Shown here: in pieces, positions 29,132 to 38,840 of the stretch
How positions within the stretch are numbered: the stretch's first letter is position 1
How the letters are laid out: each line of letters begins with the position of its first letter
Source: Micavibrio sp. UBA2400
GTDB lineage: Bacteria; Pseudomonadota; Alphaproteobacteria; UBA2400
Assembly: GCA_002343265.1 (NCBI GenBank)
Contig: DDSC01000038.1
Location: forward strand, 5,454 to 69,453
DNA: 64,000 nucleotides
Direction: 5' to 3'
Translations under genes and position numbers: made by a program
Notes under the pieces: model-generated
Databases searched by the model: none
What the model was told of the DNA's origin: nothing
Seen by the model: only the letters and a program-made list of their open reading frames with translations

Positions 29132-30113
29132 GCCCCGCTTCAGCCATATACTTGGCAACACCAGCATGGATCGGAATGCCAAAGCCATCCGCCTTCATAT
29201 CAGGCGCAGTAAGACGTGCGAGCGATGGATGCAGGCTGTTAAGGGTAGCCGTGTTACCCAAAACAGCTTTGGCGATACCATAACCCGCTTGGTCCGGTAG
29301 ACGGGTCGTCCCCAGTAATAGCGCTCGTACGCCAAAACTGGGGATATCCGCGCTAATTCCCGTATAGCTGCCACCAGGGATCATGCTTTTGCTGTAAAAC
29401 GGGTTGGTTGTTACCAGCGTGTCAACGGCACGTCCCGTCAGTGGCAGTAAACGGGTCGGACAGCGGCCAAGCGCCTCCTGCACAGCAGCGTTGGGGTGCG
29501 GAACGAGGAAAACAATTGCGTCAACGCGGCCATCGCATAAAGCCGCACTCTGCTCGGCAAAGGGCAGATCAAGGATACTGCCCATTTCATTGATCCCCCA
29601 GTTCAGGGTCGCAAAGACAGCCGTCATGATGGTGCGCGGGCCTGAGGCGGATGGGCCAAGATTGATTTTTTTTCCTTTGAGACCATCCAGATCCTTGATG
29701 TCGCTGTCGGCTTTGACGATCATGGCGAGCAGTTCGCCATGCAAGGCGAGCAGGGTACGCAATTCACTATTAGGCCTCAGAAAGGGGGCCTGTCCGCCTT
29801 TGGCCGCGTAATAAGCCCAATCCGATTGGGCCACCGCGAGGGCGAGGGTACCGCTTTCCAGAGCCTGCAGATTGCTGATTGATCCATTGGTGCTTTCAAT
29901 CGCAAGATGAACGCCAGCTTTCTGATCATTGACCAGACGTTGTACGGCCCCAGCTGCCGGAAAATAGATGCCCGTTACAGCCCCTGTACCAATAACAAGG
30001 GGCTGTGAAATTTCCCTTACGGAAGATTGGGTGGTTTTGGTAATCGGGTTAGCGAAAACTGAGGTTGCCGCTAGTGTTAAGATCAGGGCAATCGCGGGAA
30101 GGCGGGGAAGCAT
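29100..30113 (-). CDS. TAXI-family TRAP transporter solute-binding protein (orphan, no permease adjacent)
   Basis: 337 aa from the ATG at 30111-30113 with a signal peptide 'MLPRLPAIALILTLAATSVFA'. 'VIGTGAVTGIYFPAAGAVQRL' and 'TLALAVAQSDWAYYA' are typical of TAXI/Imp-type binding proteins. The upstream part of the track ORF is spurious. Confidence 0.7.
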   Translation of the reverse strand: MLPRLPAIALILTLAATSVFANPITKTTQSSVREISQPLVIGTGAVTGIYFPAAGAVQRLVNDQKAGVHLAIESTNGSISNLQALESGTLALAVAQSDWAYYAAKGGQAPFLRPNSELRTLLALHGELLAMIVKADSDIKDLDGLKGKKINLGPSASGPRTIMTAVFATLNWGINEMGSILDLPFAEQSAALCDGRVDAIVFLVPHPNAAVQEALGRCPTRLLPLTGRAVDTLVTTNPFYSKSMIPGGSYTGISADIPSFGVRALLLGTTRLPDQAGYGIAKAVLGNTATLNSLHPSLARLTAPDMKADGFGIPIHAGVAKYMAEAGLSAPEPAPKP

Positions 30114-30280
30114 GATTTTTCCTTTGAAATCAGTGGACACGGCAAAATCTGCCGCACTATGGCGGGAGATCGGGGGGAGGTCAATAACCCTGTGCATAAC
30201 CGCGAAATAGACTCGCATTGGCGTAGTCAGCTTGCTAATCTGCGCCACCGATTTTTCACCTGTAGCGGCCGAGGCCAGAC

Positions 30281-33200
30281 ATGACCGAACATCCGGACAC
30301 CCAGACCCTGCATCGCGAGGGTACAACTGAGACGGGGGCTGTTCCGCCCAAGACAGGAGCGCACCCTGTACGGGCAAGTGTCGGAACATCAACCGTTGGT
30401 CGAGCTGGGGCGCCGGTACGAACCTCAGCGCCTGCGCCAGTTCACGCGCTACCCTCGCTTCCGGCTTGGGCGATTGTCGCGTCGGTTGTCTGGGTGGCGG
30501 TTGCCGTTGGTTATCTGTTTGCCGTTGGCGGCTGGTCCTCATCACCGGGGGCAATCGGCGCCATCATTGCCGGTCTGGCCGCGCCACTGGTGGTGGTGTG
30601 GCTGGTGGCGTTCATGCAGCAGCGCGCGCTTGAAGTTGATATCATAACCGGCCCGATCCGCCGTCAGTTGACAGCTCTGCTCTCTCCGGGAGCAGCTGCT
30701 GATGTGCGTATTCGCCGCATTACCGAGGCTTTAGCCGAACAGACCGAAATGTTGCGCAATGCCGCTAACGTGGCGCTTGAAGACTCTAGCGCAGCCATGA
30801 CGGCGATCACTCGTCAAAGTGGTGAGTTGCGCCGGTTGTCCGCTGAAGCCATGCTCGATATCGGTAAGGTCGGTAAAACAGCAGAGCAGACATTAACGCA
30901 TTTGCGCGAAACACTTAGTCATCTTGGCACTCAAACGGGAGATGAACGAGAAAAAGCGCTCAAGATGGTCGCTGAGTTGGAGAAGAATTTTACCAGCGTA
31001 CTGGGGCAACTTGATAAAGTTTCACAGCATTATGAGGGGCGTCTGGGCAAACTGAATGAAACCTCTCTTCAGCTGGAGGATCGCACCAAGTCCTTGATCG
31101 GCCTGACCGATGGTCTTAATGCCAAGGTTGACGATTCCGCTGGTGAAGTGATGGGTGATATTGCCCGCCTTGAATCCGCTGTAGCAGAACTTAGTCAGCG
31201 CAGTGCGGCCATTGCGCACCTGCTAGAACGCCCCGTTGAATCACTGGAACGGGCTGCTGGTCAGCTTGATGGGCAGCTGCGTCAGTCGCATAGCCTGCTG
31301 CAAAGTGCGACCAATAATCTTGAAAAAATTGGTGATGTTGTTATGGGGCGCGCTAACGCACTGGTTGCGAACTTGTCGGATCGCCTCAGCAGCATGGAAC
31401 TCGTTGGTGCTAAGCTAGTTTCTCTAGGTGTAGCGGCGCAAAATGATACAGGCCGGTATGTCGGACAGATCGAAGAAGTGGCGGAGCGGATCCGGGACTA
31501 TGGCGCGGAAAGTGAGCAACGCCTTCGGTCTGTAATTTCCGAACTGACAGCCGCCACTGAGGCTGGGTTAAGTCGTGGCGATGCTGTTATTGACCGATTG
31601 CAGGATGGCACCAATGCTCTCAAGCTGGCGGTTAGTGGGCATGATGATCGCTTTGCCGCGCTGGCCGATGATATCGAAGAGCGCACACAACGACTGCGTG
31701 AGTTAGGGCGCGATGCACGTGGACAGCTGGAAGACGTCCAGCTCTCGCTGTCTTCGGCCCAGGATAGTGTTGAAAGTCAACTTGAACGCCTGAATCATGT
31801 CAGTGACAAGCTGAGTACCGAGCTGCAGCGCAGCGCCAGCAGTGCCTCCACGCTCTCGGAAGCGACCCAGTTGGCGGGCGAGCGGGCACAGGCACTCTTC
31901 AACCTGAATGACAAGACCAGTGATGTCATGAACATGATTGCCGCGCGTTTGGTCGAGCAGCGTGAGGAGGTTGAGGCGCTGGCAGGAAATCTGACAACGC
32001 AGATCGAATCCATGCAGGCGGCACTGGTTAGCCAGCGTATGGAGCTGCAGCGCACCGGGCAGGATGCCAGCCGTCAAAGTGAAGTGGTCCAAGCGGCTCT
32101 GCGCGAGCAGGTCGGGGCGATCGCTGCCGCGGGCATGGATGTTGCTGCCCGTATTGATGTGCTGCAGCAGCGGGTGCGCAACGAAGTGGGCTCGTTGACA
32201 GAACTGGGAGATGTGCTGGAAGGCAAACTGGCAGCGCTGGCGCAGACAGCCCAGCAACAGGCGGGAACTTTTACCACGGCTAATGCGGAGATGAGCCGTG
32301 AGCAGAAGGCTTTGCAGGCGCTGACCGACCGCTCGCGACAGGATTTGACCGGTCTTCTCACGCATCTGAGTGAAACTCGTGCTGCTGCTGAAACGGCACT
32401 CGGAGGAGTAAACGAGCAATTAGTACAGCTTTCGGCCCAGCTTTCGGCTGCCGAGGATGATCTGCATCGTATGGCAGGTGATGTGAGCACCGAGCAGCTC
32501 CGCTTGCGCGATCAAGGTCAGGGTATGAATGAGGCTTTGGCCGCTGCCTTGCAGCGACTGGAGACACTCGACAAATCTCTGCACACCACAGGTGAGCATG
32601 TGGCTCATCAGGGCGATAAGGCCGAGGCACAGCTTGCGCGCGTCCGCACGGAACTGAATAGCAGCCGAGAGCTTTTGGTCGCTGAGAATAGCGAGGTTCA
32701 ATCTCTTCTGACCCAGCTTTATGCGCAAATGCGAGACGGGCAGGAGCAACTGGAGCAAGTAAAAGTAGAAGCGACTGAGGCCAGCCGTCTGTGGGCACTG
32801 GCGCAAAGCCAGTTGCAGCAGAGCCAGTCGGCACTCACGCAGAGCCGTGAGCAGGCTCAGCAGGATATTCGTGCAGTTGACGCCAGCGTCCACGAGGCCA
32901 CACGCTCACTGACGCAGGCTCGTGCCGAAGCGGAATTGGCGCACGAAACTCTACACCAGCAAAGTGAACGGGCGCAGGCACGCATCCATGAGCTTGAGCA
33001 GGATATGGCTTCGTTGCAGGATGTAATTGCTCGCCTCACCGAGCGGTCGGATTTACTCTCGCGGTCGTTGGCTGATCAGGCCGCCCAAGCCGAGATCGCG
33101 GGGGGTCGTCTGCAAAGCGCCACCCGGATTGCCGATCAGTCGGCTGCTGTGTTGGTCGAGCGAAATAAAGACCTGCAAGCGAGTGCCCACGCACAGGAGC

Positions 33201-36200
33201 AAGCCCTTGTTAGTTTGCGCGCCGAGTTGGATCGGGCGAGCGGCGAGCTGGCACAGCGAGGGGAGCTGAGCCAAGAGCGCCTCGAAAGTGTCGTCGCCGC
33301 CATTCTCTCCGCCTCGAGTAACTTGCAAGAACAGACGCGCCAGAGCAGTGCGGCATTGGCACAGGGCGAGCATAACTTTATTGCCGTGCGCAGTGCCTTG
33401 GCGACACACACGGCATCCGTATCGGACGACCTGAGCCGCCTTGGCAGTCAGGTCTCAGATTTGCAAGCTGACCTGACCGCCACGGGACAGCAAGCTCAAT
33501 CGGTCGGAATGCAATTGGCGCACCAGGCTGAGCAGAGTGAGGCGGTCCGTGCCGGTATCGAATCTGTCGCTGCCCGTGCTGATAAGGCTGCTCTGTTGTT
33601 GACAGAACGGCTAAGTGAAATGGATATGGCCTCGACCAGTCAGATGGCCGCGTTTGTACGATTAACCAGTCAACTGGAGCAACTTGGTCAGCAACTTGAG
33701 TCCAGCAGTGACTCAAGTCAGTCGCATCTTCAGGTCTTACTGGCCCAGCTAGCCCAAACAAGCGCAGCGCTCACTGCCAGCAGCCAACAAAATGGCGAGC
33801 TGGTGACTTTGGCTCAGGATCGCCTGCAGGAAAGCGGCTTGGTCCTCGACCGGCAGGCCCAGCAGGTACAGACATATTTGGCAGCTCTGGAAACCCGCAG
33901 CCAGCAGGTTGAAGCGAGTTTGCGCCAGGCCCGTTCACAGGTTGGTGAGCTGACCAGCCAGCTCGAAGCGCAACAGTCGCGTAGTGAGCAGCTGGGCGAA
34001 AGCACAGCCGCTTTGACGCAGAATAGCATATCTGCCCTGAGTGATCTTGAGCAGCGCTATGAACAGATGGAAGCTGCGGCCCGCAGTCAACAAGATGAAG
34101 TACAGCGTCTGACTTTGCAGCTTGAAGATGCCACAGCGTCGTTGCAAGCTGATGCCAGCCGCTCTGCCAAGGCGTTTGAGACCCTGCTGTCAGGTATCGA
34201 GACGATAGCCAACGCGGCTGACCATTCGTTCACATCTGTGTTACAGCAAATGGAGAAGGCTGGCTCGACCCTGCAGCAGCAAGGAACAGTCAGTCGGGAT
34301 GAATTGACCAATCTGCAACTCCAGATTGTTCACGCCACGCAAGAGCTGGCCGAGCAGGTTGAGAGTGCTCAGCAGTCAATCCGCAAGGTGCTCGGCGAAA
34401 ATGGTGCCCGTTTCATGCAGGCATTGCAAGCCGCGCAGGAGGGCTTGAGCGGCCAGCTGGAAAATTCCCGCCAACAGGTCAGCGTATTCCTGACTGAGGC
34501 CAGCAGCCAGTTCTCGTCTACTGCCATGCTAACAGAGCAGAGTTTGGCTACTCGTCTTGGCGATCTCGACTCGATCAAGAGCAAGCTTGAGGCTGTCAGC
34601 CTGAGCGCCGCGCACGGTGTGGATGCGCTGACCAGCAGCAGTAACCGTGCTAGCGAGCAGATGGCTAGCCAGCACGAACACGTTCAGGCTCTGGCCGTTC
34701 AGTCCAGCCAACTGGCAAGCCAGTTGCTAGATGCAATGCAGCAGCTACGCAGCATTGGCGGTGAGCATACTAGCGGACTGGAGCAATTGTCCGGCCAGCT
34801 CAGCGAGCAGTTGGAACAGCTTCGACTAAGTGGCCAGCAGGCGCGCAGTGAGCAAGAACAGCTCTTGGCGCGGACCAGTCAGGCACAGGCTACCGTGAAG
34901 GAAATGTCCGAGCAGATCAGCACGGCCCGCTCTTTGGTTGATGCCGCAGCCGACTATACGGCTGCTCGTCTGGCCGATGTTTCAGCAGACTTTGCCAATC
35001 GTGTGCGCGAAGGCGAGGGCTTGGTTACTACCGCGACAACCCGTTTGCGCGAAGTCGAGCAGCGCATGGCTGAGACCGGCTCCCTCATGGAGCAGCGCCA
35101 AACCGAGTTGCTGGCGTCAACACGTACGATCATGCAGCAGCTGGAGGTGCTCGACAGTGGGTTCCGCACAGCGTTGGGTAACAGCAGCGCGGTTCAGTCG
35201 CAGTTGTCAGCACAAGCGGAGCATAATCAGCGACTGCTCACAGGGTTGACCCAGTTGAGCGAGATGGGCACAGCCTCACTGGAGGAACAGACTCAGCGTC
35301 TGGCACGTCTAGCCCAGCAGGCTGCCAGTGATACCCAGCGTATGCTGGACATGGGTGACCGGATTGAAGGCCAGCAGGCTAGTGTTCGCCAGGAGGCGCA
35401 AGCCGCTGTTACGGTCTTGCAGGCAGTACAAGCCCAGTTACAGCGTGCTGGCCAAGAGGGGAGCGAACAGCTGTCGGCGACCGAGGCGCAACTCAGCGCA
35501 GCTCTGGTCGGCATGATGCAACGTGTACAGGAGCTGGCTGCATCAAATACCGGACTGACCAATCAATTGCGGACATCTATGGGCCAGATGGGGCAAGCCT
35601 TGGTCCTGCTTCAGGACAGCGGGCGCAAGCTGGGAGCTGAGTTGAGTGCGACCGGTGACCAGTTGCAAGGTAAGGCTGCCGGGTTAGTGGTGAGCGGGCA
35701 ACAGCTTGACCGCGAGCTTAAGTCTCGCCTTGAAACCATGCAGGAATCGCAGCGGCGTATTGATGGCATTTATACGCACCTCAGTCAGCGTCTGGCCGAG
35801 CTGGATAGTCGCACCTCACACTATCTGATCGATCTCGATCAGCGTAGTGAATCGTCATTCGCGCGTCTTAATGATGGCGTTAGCAATCTGGAAAAGCTAC
35901 CGGATCGCGTCCAAGAGGCGGAAAGTCTCTTGAGCGCCCAAGTGGATATTGCTCGCCGCGAAATTCTAAGGCTACGTAGCGATCTGGTGGAGCTAGGGCA
36001 GACTGTACTCGCGCAGAGCGATCAGGCAGGAGCTAGTACTGCTCAGGTGTTGGCAAATCTGCAGCAGATGAGTGCGCATAGCCGTGCCATGGCTGAGCAG
36101 ATCGAGGTATCGAGCCAAGGCATGGCTACAGCAGCGCAGTCGGCCTGGCAGACAATTCACGCTGCGGTTAGTGAAAGCACCTCCGGTGTGGCGGGGCTTA

Positions 36201-37741
36201 CAGACCATCTGAAGGGGGCAGAAAACCGGACACAATCGCTGGTCGAACTGGCGCGGAGTGGTGTGGATGGGCTGTTGGATCGTGTCAACGACATGGGTAG
36301 CTTGCTGGATAGCGCTCTGAGCAAGGCGAATGGTGCCTATGCGACTCTGGCTGCAGGCGGGTTGCAGCAGATTGAAACGCTAAGCCAAACTCTGGCGGAT
36401 AACGCCGCGCGGCTCGATCACAGCACAGCGCAAGCGCACGCGCGAATTCAGGAAGCTGATGTCTTGGTGCAGCAGCATCAATCAGCCGTGCAGGGTGTTG
36501 CTGAAGCTATGCTTCCGCAGTTGACCAATGTTCGGCAGGAGTTAGAGCAGATTCGGGAAGGTTTGAGCGGCCTTGATAGTCGGTTGCATTCGCTACCTGC
36601 GTCCTTGGGCGGCCAGCAGCAGCAGCTGGAAAGCTTTACCTCTGCAATCGATCGCACGTTGAATCAAGTTGCGGCGCTGCAGATGCTCTCACGTGATATG
36701 GCGCAAGAGCATTTCGCGCTGGCTGAACAACTGCAATCGCATGAAACAGCACTGACGACTGGCCTCGGCGAGCTTGAACAAAGCCTCACCAAGTTGGATG
36801 CCCAAATTCACTCGGGCGTCGTTAGTCATATGTTGAGCGCGGCAACGCAAGCTCAGGCTGTGGAGCGGACATTGGCGCAACTTCTCAATCAGTCGGCTGG
36901 GCTGGATCAGGCGATTGCCAGCATTCGTCAATCGGTGCTGCGCGAAACACAGACGCTTGAGCAGGCAAAAGATACAGTGGGCAGTGTCGCGCAAAAGGCT
37001 GTGAGTGATCTCCAGGCTGCTGGTTCAGCTCTTGCGGAGAGTTATGGCCAGTTACAGCGTGGCACCCAGCTCTCGCAAACAGGGTTGTTACAGACTCAGG
37101 AAGAAAGCCAGCGCTTGGCTGTGCGTCTTGAGCAGATGCGTACACTGCTCAAAGGACTGACGAGTGCCATCTCGAATGATCTCACCGAATGGCAGACCGA
37201 AATGCGCAAACAACTGACCGGCGTAGCAGCTGACCTTGCTAGTCCGGCCGTACGGGCGCAGTTGCCGCTTCTCTCACCTTCGCCTACGCCTGTGCGTGCC
37301 ACTCTTCCGGCAGCCGGATCCAGCTCGACGCAATTGACAACGGAGGCCTTACAGGCAGTGGCTATTGATCTGTACCGTCTGCTGCGCAATGAGATGCCTG
37401 ATCTTCTTAAGTCCTTACCCACTCCGGCGGCCCGCCGTGCACCTATGGGACCGGGGGAAGCACGGGCATACACCCAGGCCTTACTCGAGGTAACTGGCGC
37501 GCCGTTTGCCACGGCAGCAAAGCAGCTTTATGCAAACAACGCTGAGTTCCGCTTGTATGTTGATCGCTATTTAACCCGCTTTGAGGCACATTACGACGTT
37601 TTGGCCCGTAACCCGGCAGGCCTAGACGAAGCGAAGGCCTATCGGGCCTCAGATGTCGGACGCCTCTATAGCCTGTTCAGTGGAGCGATTGAGCGTCGCG
37701 GGAATGTAAGCGCAGGGCAGCCGGAGAGCAGCCGTACATGA
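30281..37741 (+). CDS. Giant (2486 aa) inner-membrane-anchored coiled-coil protein: two N-terminal TM helices followed by about 2300 aa of Q/A/L/E/S-rich predicted coiled coil and a short non-repetitive C-terminal domain
   Basis: A single uninterrupted 7.46-kb ORF; every antisense ORF across it is short. The TM hairpin is 'LPAWAIVASVVWVAVAVGYLFAVGG' then 'AIGAIIAGLAAPLVVVWLVAFMQ'. The rest is a heptad-like pattern rich in Gln, Ala, Leu, Glu and Ser with no enzymatic motif. There is no MCP signalling-domain motif. The stop overlaps the next ATG as ATGA. Confidence 0.8.
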   Translation: MTEHPDTQTLHREGTTETGAVPPKTGAHPVRASVGTSTVGRAGAPVRTSAPAPVHALPSLPAWAIVASVVWVAVAVGYLFAVGGWSSSPGAIGAIIAGLAAPLVVVWLVAFMQQRALEVDIITGPIRRQLTALLSPGAAADVRIRRITEALAEQTEMLRNAANVALEDSSAAMTAITRQSGELRRLSAEAMLDIGKVGKTAEQTLTHLRETLSHLGTQTGDEREKALKMVAELEKNFTSVLGQLDKVSQHYEGRLGKLNETSLQLEDRTKSLIGLTDGLNAKVDDSAGEVMGDIARLESAVAELSQRSAAIAHLLERPVESLERAAGQLDGQLRQSHSLLQSATNNLEKIGDVVMGRANALVANLSDRLSSMELVGAKLVSLGVAAQNDTGRYVGQIEEVAERIRDYGAESEQRLRSVISELTAATEAGLSRGDAVIDRLQDGTNALKLAVSGHDDRFAALADDIEERTQRLRELGRDARGQLEDVQLSLSSAQDSVESQLERLNHVSDKLSTELQRSASSASTLSEATQLAGERAQALFNLNDKTSDVMNMIAARLVEQREEVEALAGNLTTQIESMQAALVSQRMELQRTGQDASRQSEVVQAALREQVGAIAAAGMDVAARIDVLQQRVRNEVGSLTELGDVLEGKLAALAQTAQQQAGTFTTANAEMSREQKALQALTDRSRQDLTGLLTHLSETRAAAETALGGVNEQLVQLSAQLSAAEDDLHRMAGDVSTEQLRLRDQGQGMNEALAAALQRLETLDKSLHTTGEHVAHQGDKAEAQLARVRTELNSSRELLVAENSEVQSLLTQLYAQMRDGQEQLEQVKVEATEASRLWALAQSQLQQSQSALTQSREQAQQDIRAVDASVHEATRSLTQARAEAELAHETLHQQSERAQARIHELEQDMASLQDVIARLTERSDLLSRSLADQAAQAEIAGGRLQSATRIADQSAAVLVERNKDLQASAHAQEQALVSLRAELDRASGELAQRGELSQERLESVVAAILSASSNLQEQTRQSSAALAQGEHNFIAVRSALATHTASVSDDLSRLGSQVSDLQADLTATGQQAQSVGMQLAHQAEQSEAVRAGIESVAARADKAALLLTERLSEMDMASTSQMAAFVRLTSQLEQLGQQLESSSDSSQSHLQVLLAQLAQTSAALTASSQQNGELVTLAQDRLQESGLVLDRQAQQVQTYLAALETRSQQVEASLRQARSQVGELTSQLEAQQSRSEQLGESTAALTQNSISALSDLEQRYEQMEAAARSQQDEVQRLTLQLEDATASLQADASRSAKAFETLLSGIETIANAADHSFTSVLQQMEKAGSTLQQQGTVSRDELTNLQLQIVHATQELAEQVESAQQSIRKVLGENGARFMQALQAAQEGLSGQLENSRQQVSVFLTEASSQFSSTAMLTEQSLATRLGDLDSIKSKLEAVSLSAAHGVDALTSSSNRASEQMASQHEHVQALAVQSSQLASQLLDAMQQLRSIGGEHTSGLEQLSGQLSEQLEQLRLSGQQARSEQEQLLARTSQAQATVKEMSEQISTARSLVDAAADYTAARLADVSADFANRVREGEGLVTTATTRLREVEQRMAETGSLMEQRQTELLASTRTIMQQLEVLDSGFRTALGNSSAVQSQLSAQAEHNQRLLTGLTQLSEMGTASLEEQTQRLARLAQQAASDTQRMLDMGDRIEGQQASVRQEAQAAVTVLQAVQAQLQRAGQEGSEQLSATEAQLSAALVGMMQRVQELAASNTGLTNQLRTSMGQMGQALVLLQDSGRKLGAELSATGDQLQGKAAGLVVSGQQLDRELKSRLETMQESQRRIDGIYTHLSQRLAELDSRTSHYLIDLDQRSESSFARLNDGVSNLEKLPDRVQEAESLLSAQVDIARREILRLRSDLVELGQTVLAQSDQAGASTAQVLANLQQMSAHSRAMAEQIEVSSQGMATAAQSAWQTIHAAVSESTSGVAGLTDHLKGAENRTQSLVELARSGVDGLLDRVNDMGSLLDSALSKANGAYATLAAGGLQQIETLSQTLADNAARLDHSTAQAHARIQEADVLVQQHQSAVQGVAEAMLPQLTNVRQELEQIREGLSGLDSRLHSLPASLGGQQQQLESFTSAIDRTLNQVAALQMLSRDMAQEHFALAEQLQSHETALTTGLGELEQSLTKLDAQIHSGVVSHMLSAATQAQAVERTLAQLLNQSAGLDQAIASIRQSVLRETQTLEQAKDTVGSVAQKAVSDLQAAGSALAESYGQLQRGTQLSQTGLLQTQEESQRLAVRLEQMRTLLKGLTSAISNDLTEWQTEMRKQLTGVAADLASPAVRAQLPLLSPSPTPVRATLPAAGSSSTQLTTEALQAVAIDLYRLLRNEMPDLLKSLPTPAARRAPMGPGEARAYTQALLEVTGAPFATAAKQLYANNAEFRLYVDRYLTRFEAHYDVLARNPAGLDEAKAYRASDVGRLYSLFSGAIERRGNVSAGQPESSRT

Positions 37742-38814
37742 TGCATTGTCTTTACCTGACATTGGTACTTGTACTGCTGGCTCCCCCTGTTTGGGCGTGT
37801 AGTTGTCCGGATATCCCGCTCGCGGACAAGGTCAAGGCAGCGAGTTTCATATTTCAAGGTACTGTTGTTTATCCGCGACCGGATATGCCGCCTGAACAGA
37901 CATCGTTTCGGATTGATGCCCATCTGAAAGGGCGGGACGGTGCGTCGGCGAATATTCTTCGGCTATCTGTACATTCGCCCCCGGCTTGCGCCGCGACGTT
38001 CGAGCTGGGCAAGACGTATCTTGTCCTAGCCGAGGGGACTTATGAAAGCGGCTATACAACGGATGCCTGTCATAGTTTTCCAGCACAGATAACAGATGAC
38101 CCGCGAGCGCTTGAGGTGCGTGATTTACGCCTCAAGACAGGTCAATCCATTCTTCACGGAAATCAGATCGAAGTTCCTCAGTCCCGCCTCACACTTGAAA
38201 AAATCCGGACACAGGCGAAGACCTTCTACTTGCTTGATGATAACGAATTGGCTTTACGTCTTTACGTCACCGCTGCGGCGCGGTCCCACAACTCGCCTGT
38301 TGATTTATTGGGTCAGGGTCATGCTTACTTGCGTCTTATGATGGCAGATTTGGCGTTGCAGAGATTTGATGATGTGCTGGAAAAAGATAGCCAGCGGGCG
38401 CAGGCGTGGTCTGGACGCTATCAGGCACTCGCGCTGCTTGGTCGTTGGTCGGAGATCCCTGAGAAAGCGAATCTTTCCGGCCTGTGGCTTCGGTATGCCC
38501 GCATACCAGTAGTTCCAGTTGCTGCTGATTTCTCGACAGTCTGGTGGAGAGAAATTGATGCTGCCGGGTTGCACTTTAAGGATGTTTCGTTCCGCGGTGC
38601 GACGTTATCCGATGTAAATTTCTCTAAAAGCAACTTAGAGAATGTGGACTTCACGGAGGCTGTTTTGCACCGCGTCGATTTTTCAGGAGCTAAGCTCAGC
38701 GGTGTAAAATTGCCAAGCAATCTGAATACAATTATCTGGGACGAGACGACGCAGTGGCCAAAGGGCTTCGACCCGGCTATTCTGGCCATTAGCAGGCCGA
38801 GTCAGGCTAAGTAG
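37738..38814 (+). CDS. Secreted protein with an N-terminal TIMP/NTR-like domain, a central helical region and C-terminal pentapeptide repeats
   Basis: The signal peptide 'MMHCLYLTLVLVLLAPPVWA' is followed by a mature N-terminus 'CSCPDIPLADKVKAASFIFQGTVV'. Further Cys residues sit at mature positions about 64 ('PPACAATF') and about 91 ('TTDACHSFPA'), reproducing the TIMP N-domain C1-C70/C3-C99 disulfide spacing and the 'TCSFVAP' motif. C-terminal tandem pentapeptide repeats are 'LHFKDVSFRGATLSDVNFSKSNLENVDFTEAVLHRVDFSGAKLSGVKL'. Confidence 0.6.
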   Translation: MMHCLYLTLVLVLLAPPVWACSCPDIPLADKVKAASFIFQGTVVYPRPDMPPEQTSFRIDAHLKGRDGASANILRLSVHSPPACAATFELGKTYLVLAEGTYESGYTTDACHSFPAQITDDPRALEVRDLRLKTGQSILHGNQIEVPQSRLTLEKIRTQAKTFYLLDDNELALRLYVTAAARSHNSPVDLLGQGHAYLRLMMADLALQRFDDVLEKDSQRAQAWSGRYQALALLGRWSEIPEKANLSGLWLRYARIPVVPVAADFSTVWWREIDAAGLHFKDVSFRGATLSDVNFSKSNLENVDFTEAVLHRVDFSGAKLSGVKLPSNLNTIIWDETTQWPKGFDPAILAISRPSQAK

Positions 38815-38840
38815 CTCTTTGACGTCTGGAGTGCCCACTC

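Noticed and set aside
30281-37741. Dozens of short antisense and off-frame ORFs inside the giant gene (e.g. 31703..32419-, 32074..32490-, 32358..32834-, 33053..33409-, 36689..36994-).
   Set aside because: They are Ala/Arg/Ser/Cys-rich low-complexity translations typical of the complement of GC-rich, Gln/Ala-codon-rich DNA. The single sense ORF spans the whole region without interruption, so these are spurious.
30281-37741. Interpretation of the giant protein as a methyl-accepting chemotaxis protein (TM hairpin plus coiled coil) or as SMC.
   Set aside because: There is no HAMP or MCP signalling-domain signature, which would be highly conserved. There are no Walker A/B or hinge motifs. The size and composition do not fit.
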